64,000 nucleotides of DNA from Candidatus Hermodarchaeota archaeon (GTDB taxonomy: Archaea; Asgardarchaeota; Hermodarchaeia; Hermodarchaeales; Hermodarchaeaceae), in contig JAEOTO010000032.1 of the NCBI GenBank assembly GCA_016839805.1, forward strand, positions 192,001 through 256,000, given 5' to 3'. Below are positions 1 through 7,915 of this stretch, piece after piece. The notes beneath the pieces were generated by a model, which did not search any database, was not told the origin of the DNA, and saw nothing but the letters and a program-made list of their open reading frames with translations. A program made the position numbers and the translations under genes. Within the stretch, counting starts at the first letter, position 1; every line of letters begins with the position of its first letter.

Positions 1-110
1 GTATAGATATCATTGATGATTGTATCAATGAAAAGAAACTCGCCAACTAACGGATATAGAAGAAAAAGAAGAGCAGCTCGCATACCCGAAACTGGTTTTG
101 ATCTAACCAT
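1..110 (-). CDS. N-terminus of a hypothetical (probably membrane) protein running off the window edge
   Basis: ATG at 110 preceded by GGTGA/GGGAG; frame MVRSKPVSGMRAALLFLLYPLVGEFLFIDTIINDIY is open to position 1. Confidence 0.5.
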   Translation of the reverse strand, partial: MVRSKPVSGMRAALLFLLYPLVGEFLFIDTIINDIY

Positions 111-216
111 ATACTTCTCCCTTATTCACCGATTTACTTAGTATAGGGAATACTAGAGTAAAGAATATATAGCGTTCGTATGGTCTAAATCACGCTTATT
201 GTAACATGATGGTGAG

Positions 217-651
217 ATGATGTCAGAACTCTGGTGGCCTAAATTCATTCGAAGACCCCGCCTACGAATACGTAGACCTCAATTTCGTGACGTCCAGATG
301 CCTTCCAAGTGGATCATCTTCGCTACGGCTCTTGGAATTTATTATTTCATAGTAAGTGGGGGTATGTTTACTTTATCATATCAACCTGAACCCTTCTTTC
401 AAACTTCTGAAGGGCCTCTTTTGCTCTATCCTAGCATTCATCGTCAGTTTCTGATTGAAGGTATTGTTGGAGGAGCCATCTATTTCATGGGTTTTCTTGG
501 ATTTTATCTTATGTACCAAAGCACCAGGAATATTTATCGACCTCGCTACTCACAGATGATGTTAGCGTCAGGATTAGTTCTAATCCTTATATCTTTCTTT
601 GGCTGTCAATGGCTAGTTAACATGAAAATATTTTTTGCCGGCGCGATGTAG
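217..651 (+). CDS. Oligosaccharyltransferase OST3/OST6 (OSTC/DC2-like) membrane subunit
   Basis: Three TM helices with YFIVSGG and QFLIEG motifs typical of the OST3/OST6/OSTC C-terminal membrane domain. Confidence 0.75.
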   Translation: MMSELWWPKFIRRPRLRIRRPQFRDVQMPSKWIIFATALGIYYFIVSGGMFTLSYQPEPFFQTSEGPLLLYPSIHRQFLIEGIVGGAIYFMGFLGFYLMYQSTRNIYRPRYSQMMLASGLVLILISFFGCQWLVNMKIFFAGAM

Positions 652-662
652 AATAATTGAGT

Positions 663-1229
663 TTACCAAGGAACATCTTTCACTCTCAATAGATATCCTA
701 CCACATTCGCTAATAGATGGATCAATGGGGTCACGATAAGTAAGAATAGGGCTATAATAAACGGGAGGGGTGTAATGAGAATTCCAAAAATCATTGCAGC
801 CACTAGGAAATCTAATTGATCAATTACTGGTGCCGGTCGTCCTCTGGCGATATTCAAGCGCCGTTTAATGAATGAACCGATTAAATCTCCAACTAATGCA
901 CCCAATGCTACTAGAAATACAAGTGGAACCGACAATAATACAATGGGGTACAACTCCGGTGGTAAAACAAGATATTGTTCAATCAAAGCTAGTAAAAATG
1001 GTGCGGCTAATACTTGAAGAATTCCGAATAAGAACCCAGAGGTTAATCCACAGAAAAAACCTTCCCAAGTCTTTCCAGGACCTAGAATTCTCCGTTCGTC
1101 AATGAACAGACGCCCACCATCAATAGAGTGTTTTGATTTAATCAGCCTTCCAAATACAGCAAATCCATTGGCAATGTACGCAGGAAAAATATACCAAAAA
1201 CCAAGTAATAGAAAAATTGGATGAAGCAT
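663..1229 (-). CDS. carS: CDP-archaeol synthase
   Basis: PAYIAN, GPGKTWEG, GDLIGSFIKRR, DQLDF and KDVPW motifs. Confidence 0.95.
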   Translation of the reverse strand: MLHPIFLLLGFWYIFPAYIANGFAVFGRLIKSKHSIDGGRLFIDERRILGPGKTWEGFFCGLTSGFLFGILQVLAAPFLLALIEQYLVLPPELYPIVLLSVPLVFLVALGALVGDLIGSFIKRRLNIARGRPAPVIDQLDFLVAAMIFGILITPLPFIIALFLLIVTPLIHLLANVVGYLLRVKDVPW

Positions 1230-1248
1230 TGGTTTTCACTAACCCAGA

Positions 1249-1941
1249 TTATCTAAACCCTGTTGACTGTAATTGTAGTGTGAAGATTTCAGGTTCTCCC
1301 GCTTCTTCATCTTTAATCAACTTAAATTCTCTATGACCCTTCGATTTTGCTCTTGTAATTTGAAGTGAATAGGTACTCCAATAGGAACTGATAGAATAAG
1401 CCACCGGTTGAAATTCATTCTCCCCACCAATATCACCCCGAACCTGATTGACCACAATAACTGAAAACGATCGTGATCGCGCTAAATTTGTGATCATACC
1501 GAATTGTTGATTCAACCTACGGTTAAGAACCAGATTATCAGACGCTTGTCGATACTCTTTACGATATAATGAGACAATTGTATCAAAAACAAGTAGCTGA
1601 ACATCAGGTGTAAGCAAGGATTCTAATCTAGACACCAAAAGTGCTTGTTCAGTAAAACTAGTTGGGGACACAACGGTAATCAGGGGCGCAATATTTTCAA
1701 ACTCTTCTGGAACCAATTGTTTCAATCTTATAATGGGAAATTTACCTTCAGGATAGACGTAAAAAACACGAAAATTTTTGCGAGCCGCATTAATCGAAAA
1801 TTGGAGCGCAAGTGTTGTTTTGCCCACACCCCCAGGACCATAGACGTGTAATATTTCAGTGCTTCTTAACCCCCCTCCTAATAACTCATCTAATACGGTG
1901 GCCCCAGAGAATATCAGTTGATTTGAAGGCATTGCACACAC
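1249..1941 (-). CDS. radB: RadB-like RecA-family ATPase
   Basis: LDELLGGG, Walker A GPGGVGKT, Walker B LLVFD, VVNQV; no N-terminal RadA domain; ATG at 1932 is an alternative start. Confidence 0.75.
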   Translation of the reverse strand: MCAMPSNQLIFSGATVLDELLGGGLRSTEILHVYGPGGVGKTTLALQFSINAARKNFRVFYVYPEGKFPIIRLKQLVPEEFENIAPLITVVSPTSFTEQALLVSRLESLLTPDVQLLVFDTIVSLYRKEYRQASDNLVLNRRLNQQFGMITNLARSRSFSVIVVNQVRGDIGGENEFQPVAYSISSYWSTYSLQITRAKSKGHREFKLIKDEEAGEPEIFTLQLQSTGFR

Positions 1942-1947
1942 CTAAAG

Positions 1948-1983
1948 TTCAATGAAATCAATGAAATTATTATTATTAATGAT
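1948..1983. repeat. Phased 9-bp TTCAWTGAA array A
   Basis: TTCAATGAA ATCAATGAA ATTATTATT ATTAATGAT. Confidence 0.6.
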
Positions 1984-1997
1984 ACAATAGGAGAGGG

Positions 1998-3905
1998 TTA
2001 TTGGTTATAAAATGATTTCAATAATTTAAAGAGATGACCATCCTCGTCTTTTGAACGCTTTAAATTTTGGAGAATCCAACTAGGTAATAAACTATGACAA
2101 TAAGGCGTTGAATATCTATCATCTAAAAAGACAATAGCACCGAAATCTTCCAGCCTTCGAACCGAACGACCAGCAGCCTGCGAAGCAGCCCGCATAGCAG
2201 GCAACTGGTACCCATATAACCGTCCCTTCTTGGGAAATTGACGTTCGAAATAATCAACCCGAGTAATCTCACGTGGGCTAGGTCTGGCGTAAGGTACTCC
2301 AACAACGACAACCGTCTCCATCTCCCATCCCGGATAATCCTCACCCTCACTGTTTCGACCCCCAAGCACACCCAATAGTACAGCTCCATCACTAGCCTTT
2401 CTTTTAAATTCCTGAACTAACCGATCATTCTCACTGGATGAAAGACCAGGTTGTTCTACAAAGAGATCGCGATTAACGCCCGAATCCAATCCAGCAATAA
2501 GCAAGGATTGTAGAACTGCGTATGAGGGCACAAAAATCCCAACGTTATGAGGTGTTGCATGACATACTTCAATAAGCCTTTGAGTTATTTTCTCATACAT
2601 TGATGGAGTCCTATACTTCATTGCAGTTGTTACTCCCAAGCTAATTACAGGAAAGATTTGAACGTCATTAAAGGGTGAAGGCAGAGTAAGCATCCGTGTC
2701 TTTTCAGGTAACCCGACTAAGTCGATATGAGCACCAATTGGTTGTAATGTTCCAGATAAATGAACAGAGGCATGACATGAATTTAATATCGAAGCCGTTA
2801 CCGATCTAGGATCCAATGCAATTAACTCAAATCGATTTGCTGAACGAGTAGAGCTATTCTTTATCAAAAAAAATGCTGCATCTGATCTGCTTGAGAAATA
2901 ACACCACCTAACGAAAAACTTACCCAAGGAATGAATATAGCTAATAGGGGGCCTACCTTCAACTAGAAATTTATTCACTAGCTTTTCTCCGGTTTTCAAC
3001 AGCTTCGATGAAAAGGATTCTATATTCGCAATATTCATTGAACGTTGAATTTGTAAATTAAATTTCTCAGGATCTAGTTTAATTTCCCCTTTACCATTTT
3101 CTTCATCAAACAATTTTTCTAGGACTACACCAAAATTGCTTACGGTGGATAAGCGATAGCGTTTTGCTTCATTTACTGCCTGGCGAATAGAATTAATCGA
3201 TAGCTTTGCTGAAGCGATTTCTACTGCAATACGAGGTAAATTATGAGCTTCGTCGATGAGAAGTATTGTGTTTGAGAAAGGTCGTGCAAACGCCTCAAAA
3301 AATGAATTATTTATCTGTGGGTCGAAAACCTGATAATAACTCGTAGCAACAATTGTTACAAATGGTAATAATCGTTTAGACAGTTCATATGGACAAATTT
3401 GTTCATTATGGCATTTTTTACGTAGTTCCAACCCGGTTAACGGAGAAGTACAAAAACTGTTGAAGAAATGACGATTGCGTTTAATCTTTTTCGAGAGGTT
3501 ATTATACAGAGCACACCTTCCTGAGCGCTTTAATTGGCTGCATATGAACATAGCAAGCTGAGCATTAAATGCATATTTCTGTACCAGGGGATTCAAACAC
3601 GATGATGTTCTACCACGTAACACTACACCACTAAATCCATTCGACTTCGATAAGGGTAGTAACTCTTGCATTACCCGATCCAGTTGTTTGTGAGTCCTAG
3701 CAACATATATTATTCCAAAATTCCTTTTTTCTAACAGTGGTAGAACGCCTGATAACGCCGCTATTGTTTTTCCAAATCCGTTTGCCGCTTCAACACATAG
3801 ATGGTTCCCAGCTGCAACATCTTCTCGAATTGCTTCTATGAGGGTAAGTTGACCGGGTCGAGGAGACGTATAAGGGAAATATGGATTAGTATGATAGGAA
3901 GACAT
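1998..3905 (-). CDS. xpd: XPD/Rad3-family Fe-S DNA helicase
   Basis: Q motif RPGQ, NGFGKT, Fe-S cysteines, DEAH, SEGxD, QAAGRSVR. Confidence 0.9.
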   Translation of the reverse strand: MSSYHTNPYFPYTSPRPGQLTLIEAIREDVAAGNHLCVEAANGFGKTIAALSGVLPLLEKRNFGIIYVARTHKQLDRVMQELLPLSKSNGFSGVVLRGRTSSCLNPLVQKYAFNAQLAMFICSQLKRSGRCALYNNLSKKIKRNRHFFNSFCTSPLTGLELRKKCHNEQICPYELSKRLLPFVTIVATSYYQVFDPQINNSFFEAFARPFSNTILLIDEAHNLPRIAVEIASAKLSINSIRQAVNEAKRYRLSTVSNFGVVLEKLFDEENGKGEIKLDPEKFNLQIQRSMNIANIESFSSKLLKTGEKLVNKFLVEGRPPISYIHSLGKFFVRWCYFSSRSDAAFFLIKNSSTRSANRFELIALDPRSVTASILNSCHASVHLSGTLQPIGAHIDLVGLPEKTRMLTLPSPFNDVQIFPVISLGVTTAMKYRTPSMYEKITQRLIEVCHATPHNVGIFVPSYAVLQSLLIAGLDSGVNRDLFVEQPGLSSSENDRLVQEFKRKASDGAVLLGVLGGRNSEGEDYPGWEMETVVVVGVPYARPSPREITRVDYFERQFPKKGRLYGYQLPAMRAASQAAGRSVRRLEDFGAIVFLDDRYSTPYCHSLLPSWILQNLKRSKDEDGHLFKLLKSFYNQ

Positions 3906-3976
3906 TGGTTAATTCTCATCATTTGATATACCCAAAGGATAAAAACCTCATACAACACCCAATGAACGCAAAGCAC

Positions 3977-4012
3977 TTCATTGAGTTCAATATATTTAAT
4001 GAAATTAATGAG
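3977..4012. repeat. Phased 9-bp TTCAWTGAA array B
   Basis: TTCATTGAG TTCAATATA TTTAATGAA ATTAATGAG. Confidence 0.6.
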
Positions 4013-4104
4013 ATATAGATTTGGACCCTGCAAATTATTTACCGACGGATTTTTTAGTATAATGAATGAACCGTATACAAAACTGTATCCGTGGAGATAA
4101 TGAG

Positions 4105-4617
4105 TTGACTGAAAAAAACGAAACAACAGAAACGCGTTCTTGGACCCGCAGAATGCTAGGAGACCCGATTACTAAGCTTCTTGCAGACCACAGTAACCTT
4201 ACTCCAGTACAACTTGAAACCCTTGTTATCGACTATCTAATGGACGGGTTTAGTGGAAAACAGCTTGATTATGAAACAAAAGCCACTTTACGAGAAGTCA
4301 AGCCTGCTTATCAAAGACAGAAAGGCGTTAGTAGAGGTGCATTCAATCGGTCTCTTGCCCAAGCTCGAAAGAACGTGACAAAATCGATCTTTACATTAGT
4401 ACTTCTAGGCTATTTAGGACTCTTCGACACTCCATCACTCAAACGTTATCAAGACCTTTCTGATAATATTCGAAGCTTTGCGCGGGAATATGACAAAGTT
4501 GCGACAACGAAAGAAAAACCAACTGACACTCATATTAATACTCTCAAACAGGCACAAGAAAGAATTCTTAAACTCATTGAGACCCTAGCTCAACCTGTCG
4601 CCCTAAAGCCTGAATAA
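4105..4617 (+). CDS. Conserved archaeal hypothetical protein with HTH-like segment
   Basis: SNLTPVQLETL and GVSRGAFNRSLAQARKN (recognition-helix-like); TTG start after GGAGA, with an alternative ATG at 4066. Confidence 0.7.
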   Translation: MTEKNETTETRSWTRRMLGDPITKLLADHSNLTPVQLETLVIDYLMDGFSGKQLDYETKATLREVKPAYQRQKGVSRGAFNRSLAQARKNVTKSIFTLVLLGYLGLFDTPSLKRYQDLSDNIRSFAREYDKVATTKEKPTDTHINTLKQAQERILKLIETLAQPVALKPE

Positions 4618-4622
4618 GGAAA

Positions 4623-4640
4623 CTCAATGAATTCAATGAT
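4623..4640. repeat. Phased 9-bp TTCAWTGAA array C
   Basis: CTCAATGAA TTCAATGAT in a convergent intergenic gap. Confidence 0.55.
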
Positions 4641-4665
4641 TTTTATAAAATGAATCTAGTGATCT

Positions 4666-5244
4666 TTACTTAGTCATAGTGTAAACAAGGTTTTCCCCAC
4701 TGGGAGTACATTCAATACGTTCGGGAGTTTTCATTAAATACCCCATTTTTGTTAGATAATCTAACGCATCGTTGATAAAACCGGCGTCAAACCCATGATT
4801 AAAAAGAGAGTCTTCTTGAGAAACTCCACCTAATCGTTCTAATAGAACTAACACAGATAGGTAGCCAAATTGATTGATTAGTTGACTTGCAGCTATAGCT
4901 TCGTTGTCCTGAGATCCTGGCCAGAAAGAGATCGGTATCCAACCAATGAAATGATAGAATAACACTTCACCAAAAGCCCTTAACAATTTAAGGATAGGTT
5001 CTTCCGTTCCAGGTTGCACAGCTAATACACTTTTACCTAATTTCGCATGCGGGACCTGATCTAACACCCCCTCATAATAATAAGTACGAGTAACAACTTG
5101 ACCGGATTTCAACTGCTGTTTGATTTGCTGTCTATAACCATATAATTCCCGAAAAAACCGAGTCTTCCGAGACTGATTAGCACCCTTAGGCTGTTTGAAA
5201 TCAAAGGAGATTACACACAATCTTCTCTTAGGTATAGTTTGCAT
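4666..5244 (-). CDS. Hypothetical protein, Cas2/VapD-like ferredoxin fold plus C-terminal wHTH
   Basis: VISFDF...RFFRELYGY...LGKSVLAV pattern; C-terminal DALDYLTKMGYL...TPSG; ATG at 5244 after GAGG. Confidence 0.55.
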   Translation of the reverse strand: MQTIPKRRLCVISFDFKQPKGANQSRKTRFFRELYGYRQQIKQQLKSGQVVTRTYYYEGVLDQVPHAKLGKSVLAVQPGTEEPILKLLRAFGEVLFYHFIGWIPISFWPGSQDNEAIAASQLINQFGYLSVLVLLERLGGVSQEDSLFNHGFDAGFINDALDYLTKMGYLMKTPERIECTPSGENLVYTMTK

Positions 5245-5318
5245 AGCTAATCCCTCAAGTATCACAAGCTAATATCAACACTTAACAGTACTTACCCTAA
5301 AAAATCAAGTCATGGAAA

Positions 5319-5364
5319 ATTAGTGAACTCATTATATTTCAATAATTTCATTAATTTTAATGAA
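5319..5364. repeat. Phased 9-bp TTCAWTGAA array D
   Basis: ATTAGTGAA CTCATTATA t TTCAATAAT TTCATTAAT TTTAATGAA. Confidence 0.55.
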
Positions 5365-5406
5365 ATTACCATTTTTAAGGAAACATATACGTTAGACGAA
5401 CACAAT

Positions 5407-5787
5407 TCAAGATTTGTCCTTAAGCTTTTCATAGATTTCAGGAAATGCTGATCTTATTTTCTCCTCAACCGCCTTTGCGATGAATCGTGATTTCCCACCA
5501 AACCCACTATAAGGACCTTCACCTTTTTTCGTAGCTTCAAGAGCAATAAAATCCAAAGCCACCTTTATCCAACCTGGTACACTTGCACTAATTGTTTCCC
5601 GGCGATTATATTCTTCTTTGAGCCCAAGTCTCTTTAGACCCGATTCTCCGACACGAGATGGGAGATCATCTAGTTTAATAGGACCAGTATCCAACTCCGC
5701 AAAACGTCTTTTTGATTTGGGTTCTTTGCCCTTGTCTTTTTCTTTCTCTTTTTTCATTCGTTCTCTAACTAAATCCGTAGCTGACAT
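5407..5787 (-). CDS. Ribbon-helix-helix DNA-binding protein with long charged N-terminal tail
   Basis: Strand ETISASVP, helix GWIKVALDFIA, G-K-S turn, helix RFIAKAVEEKI; Lys/Glu-rich N-terminus. Confidence 0.65.
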   Translation of the reverse strand: MSATDLVRERMKKEKEKDKGKEPKSKRRFAELDTGPIKLDDLPSRVGESGLKRLGLKEEYNRRETISASVPGWIKVALDFIALEATKKGEGPYSGFGGKSRFIAKAVEEKIRSAFPEIYEKLKDKS

Positions 5788-5800
5788 TCTTTATCTTACC

Positions 5801-7120
5801 TCACACAAATGTGGACCCTTTAGTCCAAAGCTCAGTGGCCTGTATTCGACCTGCCTCAGGACTATAGATTAGGCCTTGTTTTTCGAATAAATCGAAATCT
5901 TCCAACACGCTCTCCCATGAACGATTTTTACTTTCCAGCCATGTTTCAATTTCATCAAGTGACCGCGCTGTTGATAGAAACGCTAACAAATCGGTTTGAA
6001 ACTTATTGAATTCAGCTCGTGCTCGTTTAACTTCCTTTTGTACAAAATGTTGTACGTATTTAGCATCTATTTCATAGGCGGATAATACCTGATCCAAGCT
6101 ATAACCATCTTTAACCAGTACTTCCGCACCACGAATAGCGTCTTGAAGAGTCCTTAGTAATAATTCAAGCATTATACCGGGATTCCCACCAGAGTAATCG
6201 AAAATTCCTTCTAGTGCTCCAGCTGTAAATGGATGGAGAATTTCCTTTACAATTTCGGAATTCAAATTGATCCTCTTAGCCGTGTCATGTGGGAATCGAT
6301 CAAAGGAATCTTTCAGATAAGCAAGTCTCCATGCCATGACCTTGATTGCACTTGTTCTATTCATCCTACGCATATCATAAATTTCAACAAACCTTCTTCG
6401 GATAGCAGATTTTGATCCATGGCCAAGACTTTCACCAACCGAAGATAAGATTTCAAGCGTTTTCACCGCACTTTCACCTACACGAGTAATGACAGCTAAA
6501 GCAAGAACTAGATATCGCCGCCCATCTCGTGTCTTATCGTTGACCATTCGCAACAGGATATCAACAATTCTTACACGATTATCAGGCCTTTGCCTTTCTA
6601 ACTGCCTAAATTCATCAATTAGTAGGACATATGCAGTTCCGTTTTCTTCTGCGTCTGTTCTTAAAGCTAACAATAAGCGGGACAACCGTTTCGCTACTGA
6701 ACCACTACGAACTACTCTTACTCCCACGCGGTCAATCAAAAAATCACGAACCGTTTGCTCACCAATATTTGCATGAACAAGATCGTCAATAAGAGCATCA
6801 GCAGAACTTATTCCCTCGAGGCGAACAGCCCTAATGTTTGGTAAGCGATTCAATGATTGCTGAATCATTTCAAGAAAAGTAGTTTTCCCGGCACCCAAGG
6901 GACCTGATACGACTACACTCGCTGTTTGGTTACGAAGATAGTTAATCGCGCGTTTAATTGCCAAAGCCTCTTCTTCTGGTACAACATACAGGTCAGAAGA
7001 ATCAATACCGAACAACTCGATCCTTTCGTTCTTAAATCCCCATAAAGAAAGCATTTTTTGATCGAATTTTTGTGTCTGTTCTACTAGCCGATCCAGTTCA
7101 CTCAGACCTAACACACCCAA
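5801..7120 (-). CDS. AAA+ ATPase (ExeA/initiator-like clade) with C-terminal wHTH
   Basis: Walker A GPLGAGKTT, Walker B LLIDE, Arg-finger region IRRRF, lid PFTAGALEGIFDYSGGNP; TTG start. Confidence 0.8.
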   Translation of the reverse strand: MGVLGLSELDRLVEQTQKFDQKMLSLWGFKNERIELFGIDSSDLYVVPEEEALAIKRAINYLRNQTASVVVSGPLGAGKTTFLEMIQQSLNRLPNIRAVRLEGISSADALIDDLVHANIGEQTVRDFLIDRVGVRVVRSGSVAKRLSRLLLALRTDAEENGTAYVLLIDEFRQLERQRPDNRVRIVDILLRMVNDKTRDGRRYLVLALAVITRVGESAVKTLEILSSVGESLGHGSKSAIRRRFVEIYDMRRMNRTSAIKVMAWRLAYLKDSFDRFPHDTAKRINLNSEIVKEILHPFTAGALEGIFDYSGGNPGIMLELLLRTLQDAIRGAEVLVKDGYSLDQVLSAYEIDAKYVQHFVQKEVKRARAEFNKFQTDLLAFLSTARSLDEIETWLESKNRSWESVLEDFDLFEKQGLIYSPEAGRIQATELWTKGSTFV

Positions 7121-7156
7121 TTACATAGAAGAAAAGATGTGAGTACATACTATAAA

Positions 7157-7210
7157 TTTATTGATAGCATTGGAAATCAATAAGTAATTAAATTCAATGA
7201 ATTCATTGAA
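7157..7210. repeat. Phased 9-bp array E, ending in a perfect 18-bp palindrome upstream of the AAA+/RHH operon
   Basis: TTCAATGAATTCATTGAA at 7193-7210, preceded by degenerate units TTTATTGAT AGCATTGGA ATCAATAAG. Confidence 0.65.
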
Positions 7211-7233
7211 AATTATAATAAACCACTTATTCG

Positions 7234-7824
7234 CTACCTTGTAAAGGCGATGATATCAATTTTTGTGATTATTCCGGCAGGTCTGTCTTCATCCATTACT
7301 AACAATGCCTCAACGCCTGAGGCTATTTTCGAAAAAGCAGTTTCGGCACTTTCATTGATATCAATTTTGGGAAAAGGGTCATCCATTATTTCATGAACTG
7401 ACAATGCAAAAACCTTCTGTGACTCCATTGTTGTTAGTCTGCGAAGAATGGTACCTTCGCTAATACTTCCAACAGTTATATTGCCTTTCATTACGGGAAG
7501 CTGGGAAATCCCTAATCGCCTCATAATAATAACCGCGCGCCGAACTTTTTCGTTTGGGCCTATGAAGACCAAAGGATGAAGTTTTGAAGTTTGCCCCTTC
7601 CACCTTAAAAGATCCCGAATGCTAGAGTGGGATTTTTTTTGGCTCTCTATTTCGACAAGAATGCGTTTCAATGTAGATACGCTCGGATTCACCTGCCCCT
7701 TTTCAATACGTGCTACTAAGGATTGGCTTATTCCAACACGTGCAGCAAGCTCCGCTTGTGTTAGACCCACCTTCTTTCGAAGTTCTTGTAATTCTTTAGG
7801 TGAGGGAACTCGATATTCAGCCAT
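7234..7824 (-). CDS. XRE-HTH plus CBS-pair transcriptional regulator
   Basis: GLTQAELAARVGISQSLVARIEKG, ISQLPV, GIITKIDI; ATG at 7824 (the upstream extension overlaps hypF). Confidence 0.9.
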   Translation of the reverse strand: MAEYRVPSPKELQELRKKVGLTQAELAARVGISQSLVARIEKGQVNPSVSTLKRILVEIESQKKSHSSIRDLLRWKGQTSKLHPLVFIGPNEKVRRAVIIMRRLGISQLPVMKGNITVGSISEGTILRRLTTMESQKVFALSVHEIMDDPFPKIDINESAETAFSKIASGVEALLVMDEDRPAGIITKIDIIAFTR

Positions 7825-7915
7825 CTTAAAGCACGCACCACTAACATATACTACTGATAACAACTCCAAAAGAATTAATACCCTGCTTTTGCGGGTGAAT
7901 GGGGAGATGACACCG

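Noticed and set aside
9-32. ATCATTGAT / ATCAATGAA as another 9-mer array
   Set aside because: The units are not in 9-bp phase and lie in a probable coding frame at the window edge
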